Assembly: GCA_021156175.1 (NCBI GenBank)
Contig: JAJNBL010000002.1
Span: 197,029-261,028, forward strand
Length of the DNA: 64,000 bases
Direction: 5' to 3'
DNA from: Rickettsiales bacterium
GTDB taxonomy: Bacteria; Pseudomonadota; Alphaproteobacteria; Rickettsiales; JAJNBL01
Part shown: piece by piece, positions 59,063-64,000 of the stretch
Numbering within the stretch: the first letter of the stretch is position 1
Layout: each line of letters opens with the position of its first letter
Notes under the pieces: model-generated
The model's database searches: none
What the model was told of the DNA's origin: nothing
What the model saw: the letters and a program-made list of their open reading frames with translations, nothing else
Translations under genes and position numbers: made by a program

Positions 59063-60643
59063 ATGAGCAACCTACGCGAAACCGCACTCTTAAGCACCGC
59101 TTGGCCGTTTGTCGAAGCGAAAAAGATTTTGGAACGGATAGAAGGGAAGACTCCAAAGAAAGGATATGTCCTGTTTGAAACAGGGTATGGCCCTTCAGGG
59201 TTGCCACATATAGGAACGTTTGGTGAAGTCGCGCGGACACAAATGGTGCGTAAAGCTTTTGAGGCGATGTCCGATATTCCGACCAAACTCATTTGCATTT
59301 CCGATGATATGGATGGACTCAGGAAAGTGCCGGAAAATCTTCCGAACACGGAAATGCTAGCGAAATATATAGCAAAGCCGCTGACCTCGGTGCCGGATCC
59401 ATTTGGAACCCATGAGAGTTATGGGCATCATATGAATGCGCGGCTGCGCGCGTTTTTGGATCATTACGGTTTTGATTATGAGTTCAAAAGCTCGACCGAA
59501 TGTTACAAAAACGGCGAGTTTGATGAGAAGCTTTTGGCGTTGCTGAAACGTTATGATGATGTGATGAAAGTAATGTTGCCAACCTTAGGGGCTGAGCGTC
59601 AGGCAACTTATAGTCCGTTTCTCCCGATTTCACCAAAAACCGGAAATGTGCTCTATGTCCCGGTGGTGCCGAATGTCGCGAAAGGGACGATTTCTTTTGC
59701 CGATGAAGATGGAACCCCGACGGAATTACCAGTGACGGGCGGGCATTGTAAGTTGCAATGGAAACCCGATTTGGGCATGCGTTGGGCTGCGTTTGATGTG
59801 GATTTTGAGATGTATGGGAAAGACCATTTGGCGTCGGCTCCGCTTTATACCAAAATTTGCGAGATTGCCGGAGGCAAAGCGCCAGAACAATTTAAATACG
59901 AATTGTTTCTTGATGAAAAAGGCGAGAAAATTTCGAAGTCAAAGGGGAATGGGATCACCATTGACGAATGGCTGCGTTATGCACCAACGGAAAGTTTGTC
60001 GCTCTATATGTATCAAAGTCCGAACAAAGCAAAGCGTCTGTATTTTGATGTGATCCCTCGTCAGATGGATGATTACCTGACGTTCTTGCAAAAATATCCT
60101 GAGCAAGATGACGCGACGAAATTGGCCAATCCGGTATGGCATATCCATCAAGGAAAACCGCCCATATCCCAACTTTCTGGACTGTCGTTTAGCTTGTTGT
60201 TGAACTTGGCGAGCGCCTGTAACCCCGAAGACCCTTCGGTATTATGGGGCTTTATTTCTCGTTATGCACCGGGTGTGACAGAAGAAAAAGATGTGATCCT
60301 TAAAGACATGGTGAAGCACGCGCTGGTCTATTACCACGATTTCATTAAGCCAAATAAGCAATACCGTGCACCAAGCAATGAAGAACGTGAAGCATTGATC
60401 GCGCTGGCGGAGGCACTTAAAGCTGTGCCGGCGGGTTCCTCTGCGGAAGAGATCCAGAATGTCGTGTATGCGGTGGGGCGGGATCGGTTTGCGGATCAGA
60501 AATTGTGGTTCCAGGCGCTTTATGAAGTCTTGTTAGGTGCAAGCCAAGGTCCGCGTTTTGGTTCATTCATTGCGCTGTATGGCATCAAGGAAACGCTTGG
60601 GCTTATCGGTAAGGCACTCGAAGGCAAAGACTTAGCGGCATAA
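59063..60643 (+). CDS. lysK: lysyl-tRNA synthetase, class I
   Basis: 526 aa; HIGH-type motif PHIGTFGE and KMSKS-type motif KISKSKG. Confidence 0.9.
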   Translation: MSNLRETALLSTAWPFVEAKKILERIEGKTPKKGYVLFETGYGPSGLPHIGTFGEVARTQMVRKAFEAMSDIPTKLICISDDMDGLRKVPENLPNTEMLAKYIAKPLTSVPDPFGTHESYGHHMNARLRAFLDHYGFDYEFKSSTECYKNGEFDEKLLALLKRYDDVMKVMLPTLGAERQATYSPFLPISPKTGNVLYVPVVPNVAKGTISFADEDGTPTELPVTGGHCKLQWKPDLGMRWAAFDVDFEMYGKDHLASAPLYTKICEIAGGKAPEQFKYELFLDEKGEKISKSKGNGITIDEWLRYAPTESLSLYMYQSPNKAKRLYFDVIPRQMDDYLTFLQKYPEQDDATKLANPVWHIHQGKPPISQLSGLSFSLLLNLASACNPEDPSVLWGFISRYAPGVTEEKDVILKDMVKHALVYYHDFIKPNKQYRAPSNEEREALIALAEALKAVPAGSSAEEIQNVVYAVGRDRFADQKLWFQALYEVLLGASQGPRFGSFIALYGIKETLGLIGKALEGKDLAA

Positions 60644-60695
60644 AGGGAATCCCTCTTCGGGTGTTGTGATTTCCTTGGAAAAGGAGTCATGCACC

Positions 60696-61427
60696 ATGAA
60701 GAACAAAAGCCAATCCTACTGGAGCCATGTGCGCACAGTAATTCTGCAGTTAAGTGGCAAGATTACGCGCATTCGGGTAATTTGGCTGTTGGTGATTTTC
60801 CTGACCCTTAGCGTATTCTTTTTAATCCCCTCTTTTTTTCTCGAATCCCTGATCGAGATGCTAGAAAAAATTTGGCACTCTCCCTTGATCCAGGGCATTA
60901 AAGTAACCGACCTCTTTATGCTTAGTGTCATGACTGGAGGGCTCGCTATATCGCGGCGCCAAAAAGAAATTCAGGTACAGCAAGCCCATATTCTCGTTGA
61001 GCAGCATCAGATCCAAAAAGGACGGCTTTATCCGTTTGTTATACGGTACCGTAAACAGGGAGATTTGCGCGTGGAAATCCACAATGAATCGGATTGTACC
61101 TGTGGAATTTCGGGGATTTCCTATCACTTTGCAGAAGAAGATAATCTAGAGATGCGGGATATTGACGAATGCGGGACGGGAGGAGCCAAGCAAGAACCCT
61201 ATGATGTGGCGACATGGGATAAAGAGGAGTGGGTTCAAAACGGTAAGAAGACGGTAGAATATCGGTTTGCAGTAATCCTGCGGCGTAATACCATGTTTGG
61301 ATTCACGATGAGGAAATTAGGTAAAGCAGATCCTTCATGGGATAATGTAAGAATATGGATTAGATTTCAGCTTGCCAGCGGCGAAAAAGAAGCGTTGATC
61401 ACCAACGAGCGAATTGAATGGCTATAA
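60696..61427 (+). CDS. hypothetical membrane protein
   Basis: ATG at 60696 with AAGGAG 8 nt upstream. Two predicted TM helices, then a Cys-containing soluble domain. No family recognised. Confidence 0.55.
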   Translation: MKNKSQSYWSHVRTVILQLSGKITRIRVIWLLVIFLTLSVFFLIPSFFLESLIEMLEKIWHSPLIQGIKVTDLFMLSVMTGGLAISRRQKEIQVQQAHILVEQHQIQKGRLYPFVIRYRKQGDLRVEIHNESDCTCGISGISYHFAEEDNLEMRDIDECGTGGAKQEPYDVATWDKEEWVQNGKKTVEYRFAVILRRNTMFGFTMRKLGKADPSWDNVRIWIRFQLASGEKEALITNERIEWL

Positions 61428-61470
61428 TAAGTCATTCCACTTTAGAAATCCCCCTGACTGCAAATGCTGC

Positions 61471-63279
61471 TTATGTTGCCTTTGCGTAACGTCCCGGTGC
61501 TGCTTCGATAATCGGCATTTCTCCTTCTCCCGGACGCGGTGCGGGAACAAGTGCTCCGGCGTAATCGCGTTGCCAGCGATCCCAATGTATCCACCAGGAG
61601 CCGTCATGTTGAGTGGCTTGCTCAAGCCAGCGATCAGCAGGAAGAGCGGTGTTTGAATTTGTCCAGTAACCGTATTTTTGTTTGGCAGGAGGATTCACCA
61701 CGCCAGCCACATGGCCCGACATCGACAGCACAAAGGTCAACGGGCCTGAAAATCGTTTTGTGATGGTGAAAGTGGAAGCCCACGGCGCGATATGGTCTTC
61801 GCGCGCGGAGAGGAAATAGCAAGGTGTATCCACGGTCGTAAGATCGATCGGTACACCGTCAAATACAAGTTTCTTCGGCTTTATAAGGTTGTTCTCCAAA
61901 TACATATTCCGCAGATAAAAACTATGGGTTTTGAGCGGAAGGCGCGTAGCATCGCTGTTCCAATAAAGAATATCAAACGGGAAGGGCGATTTGCCAAGTA
62001 GATAATTATTCACTACGAATGACCAGATGAGGTCATTGGCTCGCAAAATACTAAAGATGGCGGACATATCCGCGCCATCGAAATAGCCATCATGTTCCAT
62101 GCGCGCTTCAACGAGCGCAAGCTGCGCTTCATCAATAAATACGCCGAGTTCACCGGATTCTTCAAAGTCGGTGAGGGTGGTGAGGAAGGTTGCGCTCGCG
62201 ATGCGATCGGATTGTTTTTTTGCTTTTAAATATGCCAGGGTAATGGAAAGGAGTGTTCCGCCTAAGCAATAGCCCATCGCGGCGACTTGTTTAGCGCCCG
62301 TGGCGCGTTCAATCGCATCCAGTGCGGCAATCGGGCCTTCTAAGAGATAATCCTCAAAGGCTTTATTTCGGTGTTGTTGGGTAGGGTTTACCCAGGAAAT
62401 CATGAAGACAGTATAGCCCTTCTCGACCATCCAGCGGACAAGGGAATTTTCTGCCTGGAGATCCAAAATATAATAGCGATTGATCCAGGCAGGGATAATC
62501 AACACGGGATTTGCGTGTGCCTGTTCGGTGGTGGGGGAATACTGAATCAGCTGCATGAGATCGTTCTGGAAAATCACTTTTCCCGGTGTCATGGCGAGAT
62601 TTTTTCCCACACCAAAGGCTTTCATGTCGGAGGTGGTGATTGTAAAGCCGGATTCGCTGATATTCAGATCATGAATCAAGTTTTCCAAACCGCGCACCAG
62701 GCTCTCTCCGTTCGTCTCCAGCGCCTCTTTCATCGCTACAGGATTGGTCAGCACAAAGTTGGTAGGCGAAAGCGCATCGAGCCACTGGCGGGTATAGAAA
62801 TCGAGTTTGCGTGCTTCTTTGGGAGAAAGGTTAGCGGTATCTTTCACCACTTCTTCGACCCAACGGGCATTGAGTAAATAAGATTGCTTCACGAAATCAT
62901 AAAAAGGATTTGTCGTCCAAGCAGGATCTTGGAAGCGTTTGTCGCGCTGTTCGGGAGTATAGAGCGGTTCTGCCTCATCGCCTAGCATTCGGAGCGTGAC
63001 GTTGCTCAGCAGGTTCGTATAACGTTCCGCAAGGGTGATTGTATGTTCCGCACATTTCTCGGGTTTCCCCAGCATGGAAATCCACATGTCTGTAAAGGTT
63101 TCGGAGACATGTAAGGGATCAATAGAACCAGAACTATGGCGCGCAAGATGCTGTTGTTTATCCATCAATAGGCTAACAAATTCCTGATATTTTTCAGCAG
63201 CCTTCGCGAGGTTCTCGGCAAAGAGAGCGGCATCGGTAGTATCGTGATGGTCAGACGCTTTGTGTGCACTCATACCCAT
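61471..63279 (-). CDS. phaC: class I poly(3-hydroxyalkanoate) synthase
   Basis: 602 aa; lipase-box-like GYCLGG; alpha/beta-hydrolase core. Confidence 0.92.
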   Translation of the reverse strand: MGMSAHKASDHHDTTDAALFAENLAKAAEKYQEFVSLLMDKQQHLARHSSGSIDPLHVSETFTDMWISMLGKPEKCAEHTITLAERYTNLLSNVTLRMLGDEAEPLYTPEQRDKRFQDPAWTTNPFYDFVKQSYLLNARWVEEVVKDTANLSPKEARKLDFYTRQWLDALSPTNFVLTNPVAMKEALETNGESLVRGLENLIHDLNISESGFTITTSDMKAFGVGKNLAMTPGKVIFQNDLMQLIQYSPTTEQAHANPVLIIPAWINRYYILDLQAENSLVRWMVEKGYTVFMISWVNPTQQHRNKAFEDYLLEGPIAALDAIERATGAKQVAAMGYCLGGTLLSITLAYLKAKKQSDRIASATFLTTLTDFEESGELGVFIDEAQLALVEARMEHDGYFDGADMSAIFSILRANDLIWSFVVNNYLLGKSPFPFDILYWNSDATRLPLKTHSFYLRNMYLENNLIKPKKLVFDGVPIDLTTVDTPCYFLSAREDHIAPWASTFTITKRFSGPLTFVLSMSGHVAGVVNPPAKQKYGYWTNSNTALPADRWLEQATQHDGSWWIHWDRWQRDYAGALVPAPRPGEGEMPIIEAAPGRYAKAT

Positions 63280-64000
63280 GCAGTTCTCCTGTATCCTTGC
63301 GCGTAAAGAAGGGCGGTTAAATCCGTATGGTTGATGCGGGCAGAGGCTTCTTTCTGCACAGAAGGTTTCGCGTAGTAGGCAACACCGAGTCCAGCAGCTT
63401 TGAGCATCGGAAGATCATTCGCACCGTCGCCGATTGCGAGAATATTTTCAGGACCAAATCCCTTCTCCGCGGAATGGGACTCTAGACTCGCAAGCTTCGC
63501 GTGCTTATCTTTGATGGGATCGAGTACGATGCCGGTGAGCTTGCCATCTTTAACTTCCAAAACGTTACTCTCATGAAAATGAAAGCCCAAATCTTCCGCT
63601 ACACGATGCGTGAAAAAGGTGAATCCACCTGAGACTAACATGCAATGCGCACCCGCTTTTCGCATAGTCGCGACGAGTGTTTTTGCGCCTGGAGTGAAGG
63701 TGATGCGCTCTTTATAGGCGGTCAGCAGAGTCGCTTCCGGTAGGCCTTTTAAGAGATGCACCCGTTCCACTAAAGCGGCTTTAAAATCTAGATCGCCATT
63801 CATTGCACGTTCGGTGATTTCGGCGACTTTCGCTTTCACGCCTACGAAATCCGCAAGCTCATCAATACATTCTTGCTGGATCATGGTGGAATCCATATCT
63901 GAAATTAGCATTTTCTTCTGCCGGGATGCGGTGGGCTGGAGGATGAAATCGATGGGAAGATCGCCTAATTCCTGTTCAATCGCCTCTTGCGCTGCGGTAG
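63270..64000 (-). CDS. serB: phosphoserine phosphatase SerB (5' end beyond the window edge)
   Basis: HAD motif I DMDSTMI; GDGANDLPM motif. The frame stays open upstream of the track's Met (…DFILQPTASRQKKMLISDMDST) to position 64000, so the gene is truncated by the window. Confidence 0.88.
   Translation of the reverse strand, partial: TAAQEAIEQELGDLPIDFILQPTASRQKKMLISDMDSTMIQQECIDELADFVGVKAKVAEITERAMNGDLDFKAALVERVHLLKGLPEATLLTAYKERITFTPGAKTLVATMRKAGAHCMLVSGGFTFFTHRVAEDLGFHFHESNVLEVKDGKLTGIVLDPIKDKHAKLASLESHSAEKGFGPENILAIGDGANDLPMLKAAGLGVAYYAKPSVQKEASARINHTDLTALLYAQGYRRTAWV

Overview
This window reads as an origin-proximal, mostly housekeeping segment of an alphaproteobacterial chromosome. I could not run any homology search; all calls come from motifs read in the supplied ORF translations and from the DNA itself. 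I support about 60 CDS and one tRNA-Gln. I found no rRNA, CRISPR array, transposase, integrase or phage gene.

Gene content, left to right:
- a flagellar export and rod cluster (flgB-flgC-fliE-fliQ-fliR-flhB)
- ubiE-ubiB, clpB behind a sigma-32-type promoter, and a cobS-cobT pair
- a 12-gene minus-strand run: folC, lpdA, sucBA, sucDC, mdh, rho, hemJ-hemH-hemE
- a 459-bp gap, then the DUF299/PDRP gene (RP001 homologue) and aroE
- tRNA-Gln, cutA, a bactofilin and a YcbB-type L,D-transpeptidase
- coq7-dsbB, gloB, thiE, murG, znuB and a PapD-like periplasmic protein
- pgl-edd-eda, tsaD, an orphan pilin-like gene and a 1637-aa NAD-glutamate dehydrogenase
- mnmE-mnmG-rsmG-parA-parB, class I lysyl-tRNA synthetase, phaC, and serB (runs off the right edge)

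Most notable non-genic signals:
1. The hemE/RP001-homologue gap (30192-30650) looks like oriC. It holds a perfect TTATCCACA DnaA box, many near-consensus boxes and an AT-rich core.
2. Five identical parS sites (TGTTTCACGTGAAACA) lie within about 30 kb of that gap. One of them is inside the rsmG reading frame.
3. A superfamily of nested-palindrome intergenic elements is present, with at least seven copies in two families. The copies share an apical hairpin, and their stems differ between copies by compensatory changes. Several copies fill gene spacers from the stop codon to just before the next start codon, including two spacers inside the flagellar cluster. No cognate mobilising enzyme is visible in this window.
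4. A partial, interrupted duplicate of the tRNA-Gln 3' end lies next to the intact gene, which suggests an old integration footprint.

Several orphan or oddly linked genes are also flagged in the findings.
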